The translations under genes and the position numbers were made by a program. 64,000 nt of DNA from Macrostomum lignano. Taxonomy: Eukaryota. This document shows, piece after piece, positions 50,601-64,000 of the stretch (the stretch's first letter is position 1; every line of letters begins with the position of its first letter). The stretch lies in assembly GCA_002269645.1 (NCBI GenBank), contig NIVC01001674.1, forward strand, positions 95,520 through 159,519. The letters are read 5' to 3'. A model generated the notes under the pieces. It did not search any database. It was not told where the DNA came from and was given only the letters and a program-made list of their open reading frames with translations.

Positions 50601-51292
50601 TAGAGAAGTGAGTAAAAAAATACACTTTGGCTTTATGCCTGCCATTCGACAGCCAGTCAACGGAAATCGGCGTGTGAGGTGTCGTCAGAACGGGGACAAC
50701 TTGCACTACACAATGCCGTCGGTCGCCGGCCTCAATATGACACCAATCAAATTCTATGTACTACTCATAGGGCTATATAGGTAATATACAGTCAAAATCG
50801 GTCCTAGCTATTTTATTCTGACTCGGAACTCAATCTAGAAGCACGGTTCTAAGACCATGAAATTTTGGCTCTACGCGTTCTGAGCCAGAACTTCCGCACT
50901 AGTCTAGAACCTCTGGTAGAAGGCCAAGGAGGCAGCAGCAGACTAGTACAACATGAACGTCAGAACAAAACAAAATACAAACGATGATGATTATATTCAT
51001 AAACATTTATTTATTAGGAGTCTAGACCTGATTATTAGGAGTCCGGACCGGAGACAACATGAACAAACATGAACAACAACATGTACAAAAGTGATAATGA
51101 TGATGACGATATTATTATATGGATTATGTATATTACAGAATAATACATAATATTATGTATATTATGTATATTACATGAGTCATGGTGTCTGTCGCCCAGA
51201 GCACATGAAAAAATGAAAAATTGTCTATTTCTTCAACTACGGGTACTCCCGGAGCGCGTCCGGGCGCCTCTCACCGTAATCGTAGAGGACCT

Positions 51293-51480
51293 TAAAAAAA
51301 TGGACTATGATATAGAGCATGTACGTTGAGCAGAGAAGTAAAACGAGTACGAGACGAGTAAAATGAAAAATGGACTATGATATAAGATCATGTACGTTGA
51401 GCAGAGAAGTAAAACGAGTACCAGATGAGTAAAATGAAAAATGTACAATGATAATAGAGCAGAAAGGCAGATAAAACTGG
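51293..51480. repeat. ~69-bp direct tandem repeat (~2.5 copies)
   Basis: AAAAAATGGACTATGATATA...GTACGTTGAGCAGAGAAGTAAAACGAGTAC repeated. Confidence 0.8.
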
Positions 51481-52374
51481 ATAGAATGAAAAGTTCTTGA
51501 GTGTTTAGTCAAAATATGCGATTAGGAAAACGCAGAGAAGTAAGCCAGGGGTACTCCCCGGACAACCATTTGACAGAATGTAAAATTGGCATTCCGTGGG
51601 CTGTGGTTACTTATTACATATTACATATTACATAAAAATAGACAGCTTTAGCTCTCCAGGGACCCATTTCATGAAGAAATTACAAGTGACAAGTGACAAT
51701 TGACAATTATCAATGATTTCGGTTTAACGAGTTTTTCGCAGACTTTGACATCAAATTTGCCTATTTGTCCTCTTGATTCATGAAACGCTTTATTTGTCGG
51801 ATTTGCAATTTGCCACTTGTAATTTGTCAAATTGTCACTTGTAATTTGTTCATGAAATGGGCCCCGAGCAGATTGCTCACCGGAAACGAGTCCATTGTAG
51901 ACGAGTCCGCACATTGCAGAAATCTACTGGGTTGTAGAAATACGATCGATTTGAAACACAGGAAACACATGAAACACAAAGTAACAATGTGTTTTATGTC
52001 ATAATCTGCGTATTTTAAGTTCATTGAGTGAAACGGACGGATTATCACATTGAGTTTCACTTGCTTCCGTGTTTCTTCTCGAATGACTTCCAGATATTGA
52101 TCACTCGTTGGAGCCACAGCTGCCGTTCTCCTCGCTGCTGCTCTAGCAGCGGCGCAACTGAGTCTGCGCCGAAGATGTGCATTGAAACAGTCGCTATCCC
52201 CGGTCGTATCCCTGCGGCATGGGCTCGGTGGATGGCCTTGTTGATCTCGACCCCGAGAGGGGTGGCCAATGCAGCCAGTGTTTCGGCCCTGCGGGCCGCT
52301 TTGTTCACCATTTCATGCGTGAATGGCGCCTCTTTCCACTTTGAAGGCCATCTTGGTCGTGCTGACGGCCCTGA

Positions 52375-54933
52375 TTAACTGCTGCTTGCCGCTGCTGCTT
52401 GCACCAGGAGTGGGCTCTCAGGCATCCATGTGGATAAGATGTCAACCTGTGGTTCCCACGTCTCATCAGAAACGTCGTCGACGCTGTCGATCCTCGCGAC
52501 GTCTTCATCCGAGTCATCATCTATGTCTACTCGATGCGCCGCCTTAAAGCGAGTTTCGGCCTCGGCTGCTGCCAACCGCTTTGTCCTGGCCCGCTCTTGT
52601 GGCGGAGGGCTGGAAGATCCGCGGATTCTTTTTCGGATGTCGTTGTCAGCTGAGGCAGCTCCCGCTGAGGCGGCTGAGGCTGAGGCTGAGGCAGCTCCGG
52701 CAGCAACTCGGGCAGGAGGTGGAGCCGATGCGATTAGCCTACTTGAGGCAGATGCGGAGGAGATGCCAGCAGATGAGGCAGGTGAAATCGGCGCTCCGAT
52801 GGCAGAGGCAGCTTGCGTAGCAGGCGAGGTCGTTGGTCGCGCTTCCAGCGGCGCTGCAAGCGCTGAGGCCGTCCGGGTGTTTTTGAGCAGCGTCTCGGCA
52901 ATAGTGCGCAACCCGGCTTGGGCAACATGGAGGTTGCGCGACTCATAATACTGTCTCGAAGTCTCCTTATCGTGCCGGCGGGCAAGTACAGCTACAGCCT
53001 CCTTCTCTCGTGAGTTCTGTAGAGTGCTGTCTGCAATGGTGGCCTGTGCAGAGCGGAGGTCCTTTAGTCGTATCGGGTGACCTATAATGTTCTTCAGGCA
53101 GCATAGCAGGCCATTCTTGCCGGCCTTGCCAAATGAGTGGCTCTTGCCAGGAGTCCACCCAAGACTGGTAGAATAGTCGGCTGGGAAAACTGGTTGCGAA
53201 TTCACGAACTCTTTCGTCAGCCGCGCAGTGCAACCGATCAGGGTTAGATTATGCGCTAGGACGTCACACCAGTGCTGATACAGCTTCAAAGTTTCTGACT
53301 GAAAGTACATGAGTACTTGTCCGTAAGACTTTGCGGTTTTGTCGGTGACATGTTTTAAATTGGAGACATGGTCGCCCTCCGACAGCTGCATCAGTTGCGG
53401 TGGCAGGAGGTGATAGAAACGCAACTGTCGGTATGCGTCCATCCGGAATTGCTGATAGCGCATATGAACTATTATTAGGACGGTGGAATATAGCCTCAGG
53501 TTGTGCCGTGTCAGACATGGAGAGGTCTCATTGAGGCTCATTATTTCATCGCAGATCGTCTTGATGAAATCGCACTGCCATACTTTTGTCATTATGTCAA
53601 GGCTTACGTCAAATGTCAGAACGCCTCCCGCGTGGCGCTCTTCTCTCTGGTAAGCCTGCACATCCGCTCGGGCTGCGGTGTTGGCGTTTCGCCGAGCATC
53701 AAGAAGTACCTTGAGTCTGGTCTCCATCTGCTCAGGCGATGTGTTAAACCGATGGCTGAGGTAGGAATACTCTTCAGACCGCAGAGCGCCAATCAGCTCT
53801 GTTACGAACCAGTTAATGGCCGTAATAAAATTGGCAACTCGTTTGGGGCCAACACGCCAGAAGCAGGTGGCTGATAACAGCCTCTCGTTGAGGATGTTTT
53901 CAATCGTGGGTTCCTGCCCAAGTCCTGCCGCCACTCTTTGCCATAGGCACCGGAGGTTCTGGTATTTTTCCACGAGGGCCTTGTGCCTCTGGAACTGTGC
54001 GGCACAGTCGCGTTCGGCAGGGTCGGCCGGTCGGGTCATGGGGTCCCGGGCACCCCCAAGCTTTGAGAAAAAGCGGCCCGATCGGGCCCGCTCCTGTACA
54101 ACATCCAGCAGCTGCGACAGCATGTCCGTTTCCTGAATTCGGTCCCCGCGACGCGGATGAATGTGCGCAAATGGGTCGTTCCAATACGGATGACTGATAT
54201 CCGTATCCCAAGGGACCGAAAAGTTCGGAAACTTTTGCTTTAAGTTAAATAATACACTGTAGCTTGCGTCGCTGTGTAAGTGTCGCGATTTCCATACCGG
54301 CAAACTCTCCTCAATTCGGATCATATCTTCTTCAGAGACGTCACTTGGATGAGGCCAACTTTCGAAAAAGGGCTGCTCCGGCTGTTTGGTCTGAGGAGGC
54401 GGCAGAGCCGAACGATGGACCGGCAGCGACAACGCCATTTCAGGTCCATCAGGTGCCTGGGCCGCTACCTTGGTCGACCGAGGGGCCGGCTGTGGGGTCA
54501 CCATGCGAGTCCCACCAGGTGCCTGAGTCGACGGAGGGGCGCCCGGGCCGGCTGCAGGGTCAACATGCGAGATCCGCCAGGTGCCTGGGCCGCTACCTGG
54601 GTCGACTGAAGGGCCTGCTGCGTGGTCATCATTCGGTAACAACCAGGTTCCTGGACTTGTGATCGAAATGCTATTTGAGGCCCACCTTGACGCTCGACCA
54701 GCAGCGTCGTTGGAGGAGCCCCTGACCGTGGCGGCGGCAGGGTGGATCGAGGCGCTGGTACCGGCGGCGGCGCCATCGCAGCAGACACAGAACCTGGAAA
54801 AGGAGACATTGCAAAAGTTAATGAGATTGGTGTGCAAAAAATTATCTAGGGATTTCTCGACAATGGATTGACCAATTTCGACGTGTGAGGTGTCGTTAGA
54901 ATCTAGACTTGTTTCTCTAAACAATCGAGTCAC
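52375..54933 (-). CDS. Tyrosine recombinase (Crypton-like), 852 aa
   Basis: Catalytic spacing R (QQFRMDA), K (DKTAKSY), [H/K]xxR (LKDLRS), H...Y (RHDKETSRQYY). Confidence 0.78.
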   Translation of the reverse strand: MTRLFRETSLDSNDTSHVEIGQSIVEKSLDNFLHTNLINFCNVSFSRFCVCCDGAAAGTSASIHPAAATVRGSSNDAAGRASRWASNSISITSPGTWLLPNDDHAAGPSVDPGSGPGTWRISHVDPAAGPGAPPSTQAPGGTRMVTPQPAPRSTKVAAQAPDGPEMALSLPVHRSALPPPQTKQPEQPFFESWPHPSDVSEEDMIRIEESLPVWKSRHLHSDASYSVLFNLKQKFPNFSVPWDTDISHPYWNDPFAHIHPRRGDRIQETDMLSQLLDVVQERARSGRFFSKLGGARDPMTRPADPAERDCAAQFQRHKALVEKYQNLRCLWQRVAAGLGQEPTIENILNERLLSATCFWRVGPKRVANFITAINWFVTELIGALRSEEYSYLSHRFNTSPEQMETRLKVLLDARRNANTAARADVQAYQREERHAGGVLTFDVSLDIMTKVWQCDFIKTICDEIMSLNETSPCLTRHNLRLYSTVLIIVHMRYQQFRMDAYRQLRFYHLLPPQLMQLSEGDHVSNLKHVTDKTAKSYGQVLMYFQSETLKLYQHWCDVLAHNLTLIGCTARLTKEFVNSQPVFPADYSTSLGWTPGKSHSFGKAGKNGLLCCLKNIIGHPIRLKDLRSAQATIADSTLQNSREKEAVAVLARRHDKETSRQYYESRNLHVAQAGLRTIAETLLKNTRTASALAAPLEARPTTSPATQAASAIGAPISPASSAGISSASASSRLIASAPPPARVAAGAASASASAASAGAASADNDIRKRIRGSSSPPPQERARTKRLAAAEAETRFKAAHRVDIDDDSDEDVARIDSVDDVSDETWEPQVDILSTWMPESPLLVQAAAASSS

Positions 54934-55097
54934 TCTCTCAAGTTACTGCTCACTCACTGTATTTGTAGTTGCAAAGCAGTGGATTTTTAGGCAGTCATGT
55001 GCGTTTAATATCTAATGTCTACCAATATTTCTTATGTCGGCTTGACCGGCACAATTTCTGTTATGCATGGGCTATAATCTATGAATGTCAAAAAATG

Positions 55098-55910
55098 TTA
55101 AAACATACCTGAGCGCGCCCGTGGAATTGACGCTGTAAAACTGGCCGGCCGTGACACTGGCGGTGCCGAGTCACTGCGCTGAATGACTCTGCATTGCGCC
55201 GTGAATTGCTCGCAGTACATGAATTCGCGCTCCAAGGCGGTGCCACCAGCACGGGGACCCGGCCGCGGTCGGCCTGGCGCCGGCTGGTTGCTAGTGTTGG
55301 CATGAATTGCGTATTTCGGCCAATTTTTTGGGTGGCTGACAGGGTCAACGCTGCCAGTGCGGATATAATGCCGTAGGTATTCCATGAAGTCTACGAGCAT
55401 ATTCCGCATACGGGCGTTGGCGTCTCGCCCATGGATGAGGCCTTTGTCTAGCTGGGGATGCTTTTGTTGAAAATGCTGAATCATGCGCTGCCCCACCCTT
55501 GGGCAGGCTGCGCACATGAGGAGGCCCAAGCGGGATCTCTTGGCGTTCTCCTCCACGCGGGCCTCTAGGCTGGCCAGGCCCGTAATGACGGCCCTCCGGA
55601 GGGGGTGCTGTTCATTGTGCACCGTCTTAAGGTGCTCCCGGAGGTTATCTGACTGTTGGACCGCCCCACACAGCGGGCACCTACGGTAGGGCCCGTGGTT
55701 TCTCGGGCTGCCGGTGGGGCCACGCGGCCTCTTCTGTGCAGCAGCAGCTCCTGCAGTGTCTACTGCAGTTGTTGCCGCATTGGATTCCTCCTCGGCAATG
55801 TGGTACTCATCGATGGGCAATTGGAAGAGCTCCACTAGAATATCCCGGGAGTCTTTATCAATATTTTGAAGGTCGTCTTCATGCCCTCCATCTGGACGGG
55901 CGCACGCCAT
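55098..55910 (-). CDS. Two-C2H2-zinc-finger ORF upstream of the recombinase (possibly its first exon)
   Basis: CPLC...HLKTVH and CAAC...HFQQKH; strong donor AG|GTATGT at 55108. Confidence 0.65.
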   Translation of the reverse strand: MACARPDGGHEDDLQNIDKDSRDILVELFQLPIDEYHIAEEESNAATTAVDTAGAAAAQKRPRGPTGSPRNHGPYRRCPLCGAVQQSDNLREHLKTVHNEQHPLRRAVITGLASLEARVEENAKRSRLGLLMCAACPRVGQRMIQHFQQKHPQLDKGLIHGRDANARMRNMLVDFMEYLRHYIRTGSVDPVSHPKNWPKYAIHANTSNQPAPGRPRPGPRAGGTALEREFMYCEQFTAQCRVIQRSDSAPPVSRPASFTASIPRARSGMF

Positions 55911-57040
55911 GTCTGCCCAGCCGAATTAACAAGAAAGCTGAAAGTATTTATTATATAAATGATTTATGCAAAATATGGCACAAAATAGAGTTGAATGGAG
56001 TAAACTTAAGAAAATCTTTTAAACTAAAAAAATTATGGAGATAAATAACGCCATAACTACGCAACAACGCCATAACGCCATAACTACGACCTGCAATTCC
56101 ATAACCCCTCATAAAGTACCCACTATATCCCCTCCTAAATAGGGTGCAGCTGAAAATAATTTTGTAATAACAGTTGCCCCTCAAAAAGACATTTGTCCTC
56201 AAAGTAAAACATACCCTAAAAAGCTATTGCCATAGAAAAAATCCTTGCCCTCCTACTCAAACCATAATCTGATTTATTCCTCCATTATATATATATATAT
56301 AAATATATTAAAATAAAAAGAAGCCCCAGCTCTATATATTTTATGAAACAAACATCCTAAAAGCACTTCTCTTTGCTTCCCTTCCCCAGCTAGAATTTTT
56401 AATTTTATTGTTGAAAATGTCATTTCTATTCTATTTTTACAATGAATTTTTAATAATAACCTAGAAGAAATTGTATAAAATCTCTGTCAAAGAGATCAGC
56501 GAGGATTTGCATGTCTCAAATCACCTAAGCCATCGTCTTCGCCAGCATACGCCATGCCATAGGCAATTCGCTGAGATTGCTTTAATTAGCTTTAATAGGT
56601 TTAAGTAGACGTAGGGAATTATGAAAGTATGAAATGCTATAAAAAGTAGGTTCATCGGTATATATAGTAAGTGTTTAGGAGGTTCATACACTTTTAGGAG
56701 GTTCATACGCTTTTAGGATATTCATACACCACCTAACCCTAGCCCTAACCCTGATTAGGGGGTAGTATGACATTCTAATTATGGTAACAATTTGATACCC
56801 AAAATAGTAACTATCTATATTTAGTAATTTATTAAGATTTCCACTAGTGCCCGTGTTATATAAGTTATAACTTAACTAATTACATTAGTATCTTACACAC
56901 GTACACACACACACGCGCGCACACACACACACAGCACACGCAGCACACACACACGCGCGCGCACACACAACACACACCCCTACGCTAACCATAACGCATA
57001 CAACAGCCTCATTTATTCTGGGGAACCGCTGCGCTCGCAT

Positions 57041-57773
57041 CAGTCTGGGTCACATCACCAGTCAACGTGGTCACATCACCAGTCAGTCTAGGTCACATCA
57101 CCAGTCAGTCTGGGTCACATCACTAGTCAACTGGGTCACATCACCAGTCAGTCTGGGTCACATCACCAGTCAACTGGGTCACATCACCAGTCGGTCTGGG
57201 TCACATCACCAGTCAGTCGGGTCACATCACAAGTCAACGTGGTCACATCACCAGTCAGTCGGGTCACATCACCAGTCAACTGGGTCACATCACCAGTCAG
57301 TCGGGTCACATCACCATTCAACTGGGTCACATCACCAGTCAACGTGGTCACATCACTAGTTAGTCGGGTCACATCACCAGTCAATCGGGTCACATCACAA
57401 GTCAACGAGGTCACATCACCAGTCAGTCGGTCACATCACCAGTCAACTGGGTCACATCACCAGTCAGTCGGGTCACATCACAAGTCAACGTGGTCACATC
57501 ACCAGTCAGTCGGGTCACATCACCAGTCAACTGGGTCACATCACCAGTCAGTCGGGTCACATCACCAGTCAACATGGTCACATCACCAGTCAACGTGGTC
57601 ACATCACCAGTCAGTCTAGGTCACATCACCAGTCAGTCTGGGTCACATCACTAGTCAACTGGGTCACATCATCAGTCACCAAGGTCACATCACCAGTCCC
57701 TAAGGTCAAAACACCAGTAGAGGTCATGACACCAGTAGAGGTCACATCACCAGTCACTAAGGTGATGTGACCA
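57041..57773. repeat. ~21-22-bp minisatellite (GGTCACATCACCAGTCA...), more than 30 copies
   Basis: Direct reading. Confidence 0.96.
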
Positions 57774-58234
57774 TCCAATCCAATTAAACGTAGAAACAAT
57801 CAAACGAAGCGGAGACTGGGTGAAATGCGTGAAATGATCAAAACTCGCAAGCAAGAGAATAGCTAAATTAACTAACCATAGATTGAAGAATTGGCTGGCT
57901 GGCTGACTGACTTGCATTCTGCCTTCGATTGATGCTTGCGCGCGCGCGTTTTTATCAGTTAGCGGGCTACCCCCCACGCTTTCTATTTCGATACCAACGA
58001 GTTAAATATAAACGGGGGATGACCCTAGACTGTATACAAATGACCTTGTCATCGGCCAATACAGAGCAGCGAAAACCAACCCCCATAATAGAAGCCAATA
58101 GATGCGTAAAATTGATGCTAAAATTGGCGAGCATGGTATATCCTAGGGTCTTTGCTTCTTAGGAACAAAATTGGCACCGATCTCACTCAAGTCCTGTTGA
58201 TCTGAGCGTCGTGCCTCCTCTCCTCCAGCGAAGC

Positions 58235-59491
58235 TTACTGTCGCCGGGTGTTCTTGGCTACGGGCTCATGGCTGTTGACGCAGGGGTTGTTGCCGTCGCA
58301 ACCGCCTGCGGCGCCGTTTCCCGAAACTTTCTTCTTGTACTGTCGATCAATACCACGCGCGGGACAGTCTTGGACAGCATGTCCTGACTCTCCGCAGCGT
58401 TCACACGAATAGCGCTTTCCGAGCGCTTGCTGCTCTTTGTAGCGCTGGCATTGTCCGAGAAGATGGCCTTCCTGGCCACAGCCGTAGCATGTTGCACGCT
58501 GACGATATCTCGGAATCTCGACGTTGCTCGACCAGCGGGACTGCTGGTGATGCGCAGCTCTCGGCTGCTGTTGTCCTGGCGGACACGCGCTTTGCGAGCT
58601 TACAAGCTCAAGCAGCTGCTGCGTAGCCTGCTGCTGGCGTTCCAGCGCGGCTGTCTGCCTTGTCATCAACTCTTGGAGGCCTTTGGGGATGGAATGCTCT
58701 GATGATCGCGAGTCATCTTGCATCATCCTGACGGGCGCGTCACGAGTTCGATTGGCGAACTCTCGCGCAGCCTCTATGCGCTTGAGCGCACGCTTTGCCT
58801 CCATAATCGTAGCCGGTTGCATCAGTAGAAGCTTCTCGCGGGTGTCAGGGCTTATGCGTACACCGCGGGTGAAAGCATCTACGAGCTCTATCTCAATTTG
58901 GTCAGCTCTCAGGTTCGGGTATGCTTGTTCTCCGAGTGCCTGAAGCGTTTCAGCATAGTCATCAACTGACTCATTCTTTCGCTGTAATCGAGAGCGAAAC
59001 TCTTCCCTATAGGCGTTTGGTCCGCTAAGCTTCTCGAAGCGCTCAATGAGCTGCTCCCTAAAGCTGTGATAAGGAAGGTCATGGGGTAGCTTCATATGCA
59101 GAACTGCGGCGAGGGCAGTCTCCATATCTAGGCTATCCATGATTAAAGCTTTCCTCTCTCTCATGTCGTAGACTTCTTCTCTCTCGCACTTCATCTCAAA
59201 CATTTCGAGCCAAATTCGAATGTCCATTGATGACTTGTACTTGGCGATTTTAATCTGCTTTTTAGTCTGCAAATTCATCTGCCTGTTCATATTTACGAGC
59301 AGGTTTTGCAGCAGGTTAGCATTTACGCCTGCGCCAAGACCTCTAATGAAGTCTGCGTCTGCTCCAAATATGCCACCATCAGGGCTAGCGCATGAAGAGG
59401 CGGCTGCAGCGGCGGCTGCGCCCCTGTTCGCATTCGGAATTTGCTCTGAACCACTCTCTAACGAACGGGATCGGTTCAATGACATTCTCAC
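58235..59491 (-). CDS. gag: Ty3/Gypsy-type Gag, 418 aa, two CCHC knuckles, no pol downstream
   Basis: CYGCGQEGHLLGQC and CERCGESGHAVQDC; capsid-like DIRIWLEMFE; G GGA AAC slippery heptamer at 58322-58316. Confidence 0.87.
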   Translation of the reverse strand: MRMSLNRSRSLESGSEQIPNANRGAAAAAAASSCASPDGGIFGADADFIRGLGAGVNANLLQNLLVNMNRQMNLQTKKQIKIAKYKSSMDIRIWLEMFEMKCEREEVYDMRERKALIMDSLDMETALAAVLHMKLPHDLPYHSFREQLIERFEKLSGPNAYREEFRSRLQRKNESVDDYAETLQALGEQAYPNLRADQIEIELVDAFTRGVRISPDTREKLLLMQPATIMEAKRALKRIEAAREFANRTRDAPVRMMQDDSRSSEHSIPKGLQELMTRQTAALERQQQATQQLLELVSSQSACPPGQQQPRAAHHQQSRWSSNVEIPRYRQRATCYGCGQEGHLLGQCQRYKEQQALGKRYSCERCGESGHAVQDCPARGIDRQYKKKVSGNGAAGGCDGNNPCVNSHEPVAKNTRRQ

Positions 59492-62050
59492 TTTTATAAG
59501 GCGAGAATTTAACTGATTCTAACTTGCAGCGAGCTTCGCGCGTCTAATACTAATAGCTGATATACTAGGGAATCTATCTACTAACTGATAGGATGCTATT
59601 CCCTCTTGAGCACTTATTGGTATGGTATTCCCAACAGCTGCTTCACTACTAAACTTCCTAACTATTTGGTCTGGAGTTGGAGTCGGTATCGTAATCCCAC
59701 CGCTGCCACCAATAAAGTGCCCTCGCTTCTGGTTGCTTTGGCTCGGGTCTGTAGATCTTGAAATCCCACCGCTATCACCAGTGTTATACTTGGCTCTCTG
59801 GATTCTGGGGTGGGGTGGACTGCTGTCGTCCCGGACAACCTTAGCGAACACTTTTATGGGGGTTGAGACTGGGGAGAAATCTAAGATCAAGGGTAGTGCT
59901 GCCAACAGCGTGGGAACCGTAGGATCCGCAATGAAGGGGTCTGTTTGGGCTCCACGCAAATAAATAACGCTAGAACAACTAGTCTCAGATATTTCAATGT
60001 CCAAGTGACAGGACTCAATGGTAGCAAATGGCCTGAGCGGCGCAGTCCTGGCACTGACAATGTCCGCGCTTGAGCGTGTCTGAGTTTAGCTCTCAGAGGA
60101 CCCCTAACTCCTACTAACCTAATAGCTACGTCTCGCGCGGATGGGCGGCGAGGAAAGGTCTATGCGCCTGCGGCAGCAATAGACTCTAGGCCTATAAACT
60201 AACAGCTATTCTTAGAATCGCGCACGAGTGCTGCGACTGCACACTCACTCTCACTCTTATTCGCGCCTGTGTCGCGAATAGACACTAGCAGAATGGCTTC
60301 ACCAACTGATTTCCTGCCAATAGGGTTAGGCTGGGAAACCAGAGCTATAGCACTAGCAATGCTCTACCAAGACCTGCTCAGGAGCGTGCTTTCTGCTTGA
60401 GCGCTGCAATGCTCTACCAAGACCAAGTTTGCAGCTGCTTAGCGATGCTCAAAGCTCTACCAAGACCTGCTCAGGAGCTTTTGCTTCGCTGTTAACCGGC
60501 GCTAGAGCGCTAGACTTGGAGAAAGCTCTCGACAAGTCTGACCAGCGGTCAAAACGGTTCTGAGGAAAAAATTCAGACAAGCGGGCCTGCATTCGTTAAT
60601 ATAGAACGCGGAGGGTGGAGCATTTGGGCATTCCGTGGCTTGACCATGGAACTGTAGCCCGAAAAGTGCGGATAATGATGCACAACAGATATTGATTAAA
60701 CATGGGGGAGAGTAGCTTGTACGAAGCGCCGACAGTCGCCTCAAGCTACAGTGACAACAGCATGCCAAATTTGGGCTTGTGCGCACAAGGCTGCACGTGA
60801 GGGAGGGTTCAGCTCGGGACACGGGGTCCGCGAAACCCTCAGTCTAAAAATAGAATGACGCAGGGGAGAGGCTCGGACGCAGGAGGAACGAGAGAGCAGA
60901 AGGGGGAAGAGTCCAGAGAGCGCACGGGGAGGAGTGCGGCTAACTAGACTTGCGTACACTGAGCGATTGTACGCGGCAGGCCAGGCAACAACAGTACAGG
61001 CAAGCGCCAAATTTGGCGGCTTCCACTAACTAACCCTAGGCTAGGCAAACTTCCTAATTTCCTATGTTAAAGATTGCGCCATATTGTGCAACTTCTGAGC
61101 GCCAAGGAAGGCTGCTTAGAGTGCATGGAGGCAGCAGAAAATTCCTATTCCAGATACTAGCAGCGGACAGAGTGCCTAAGATGTGACTGCGGCCCTATGC
61201 TTGCAGCAGAAGGCTGCGGCCACATCACAAAGCGCATCAACAAGTACCAAATTGCCTCTGAATTGAGTCTGGTCTGAGTAAGTACTTCAGAGCCAATTAT
61301 GTTGGTGCCTCGGCAGGCCATTTCTGGTGCATAACCGACAGGTCCATAGTTTTCGTCCCCGATTATTTTGACCTTGCTGCGGCTGAGGCTAGCGCACTTT
61401 CTGTGGAACCTTCTATGACAGTCTGTGCAACTTAGAGCTTTCGAGTTTGCACGGAGCTCGGTCTGGCACTGGCTGCACTCCCTTAGCTCAGTGGGTTGAC
61501 ATCTGTTGCACTGCCACTCTAACTCACAGGCTACGCAGCGGTTCGTTTCTCCTCTTGACCGGCCTAAGCAGCCGAGTTGGGCTTCGGCTCCGCATTTGCA
61601 GCACTTGACCCGGTTGGCCCTGAGCCAGGTCGGGTTGACAGCCGACGCCCGAGCCCTCCCCCACAGAAGCGGCCCTCGAGAACCCGTGTGGTACCAGTTG
61701 CAACTATGGGCTGTCGATGGGTAGTTGGCGCTTTTCCAGCAGCCAACTACTTAGCAGCCACCTGCCCTGCAAAAAAGCAGCAGGGGGGATCCTCCACCAG
61801 CAGACCAAGACGAGAAAGCTAACCGCTTCCGCGCCAGGCCAGAGCGAAAAAGGAGGGGAAAAGCCTCATCGAAAAGCGAAAAGCTGGCGGATGTAAGAGT
61901 CCCTCGGTTTAAGTTCCATTTGCCCCCCCCCCTTGTAAAAGAAACTGCTGGCGAACAAATATTATTAGCAGTTTCAAGCGTTTATTTCAAATCAAACAAC
62001 ACAAGTAGTTGTACAAAGTGGTGTGAAAACAGAGTTGGTTAATAAGCAAA

Positions 62051-63424
<1,374 letters not shown>

Positions 63425-63720
63425 TTAATGTTTTCGACTTGAATTGGTGGCTTGGTGCGAAAAAGAAACTCAAGTAGAATAACAATTATGGAAAAGAAAT
63501 GATACAAAACTGGAAAGAACAAGGAACCATGATGCAATGCAATACCATTATGCACTATGCACATTTAACATAACATTGGGATTTGGCCATTGGCCATCAC
63601 TATGGTGTGGCATGCCGCGCCGCGTGGCGCTGGTGTATGAGCAAAGTGGCAATGGCATTGGCAACAGGCAATGGCATGAGGCATGGCCAGCCAGGCCAAC
63701 TTGCCCCCCTTCCCAATTGA

Positions 63721-63740
63721 AATTCCTGGCTACGCCACTG
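63721..63740 (-). mobile_element. Isolated hAT/MITE-type terminus CAGTGGCGTAGCCAGGAATT
   Basis: Resembles the CAGTGGCGTA termini of hAT MITEs; partner end not found. Confidence 0.4.
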
Positions 63741-64000
63741 GCCGTCGAGTGTTTCGACTGGGTAGCGGTGAGGTAGCTTTCTGGTCCAGAGTCCATAGGC
63801 GGCCGATGCGGCGGCTGTTTGATGGGCAATACGCGCGATGATGCCAAGTACCATTGCCACTGCTTCAGTACGGCGTCGACATGATTGCCCTGTGTGAGCA
63901 TCCGCCTGATTTCGGCCACTGTCAATTGGCTTCGTGCCGCCGGCTTTGGCCTTGCCTGGCAAACTCGGTTGACTGGTGATGCCGACTCCGGCCACTGAAT

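Noticed and set aside
57041-57773. CRISPR-like array or VTSP-repeat protein
   Set aside because: No unique spacers, eukaryotic context, and the ORFs are just translations of a minisatellite
58180-58322. -1 frameshift into pol after the second gag
   Set aside because: The -1 frame terminates after 16 codons and no protease motif follows
61787-61797. tRNA-Ala-like PBS (TGGTGGAG) for the gag-only element
   Set aside because: Only about 8 nt match and no adjacent LTR repeat found
63548-63995. ORFs at the window end
   Set aside because: No recognisable motif; interrupted by a MITE-like terminus and truncated

Overview
This is an invertebrate-type eukaryotic genomic window (spliceosomal introns mostly 80-115 nt inside the transposons, many microsatellites; host not determinable) and is almost entirely nested mobile DNA. 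It holds the 3' end of a tetraspanin gene (851-2236). A 19-kb multi-intron hAT transposon (10475-29516, 8-bp TSD) has a young, full-length 13-kb Ty3/Gypsy LTR element inserted in one exon (11814-24810, 5-bp TSD). Further right are a Merlin pseudogene, a 10.4-kb EnSpm/CACTA element with a BEN-domain cargo gene (36909-47330, 3-bp TSD), a tyrosine-recombinase (Crypton-like) locus, a gag-only retroelement remnant, and an endogenous partitivirus-like RdRp joined to a 5'-truncated LINE. The top finding is the LTR element. One 7.4-kb reading frame runs Gag - internal signal peptide - herpes-gB/chuvirus-G-like fusogen - TM - PSAP tail - PR-RT-RH-IN, broken only by two TGA codons, and is followed by several accessory ORFs. 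All family assignments come from motifs recognised by eye; no database searches were run.
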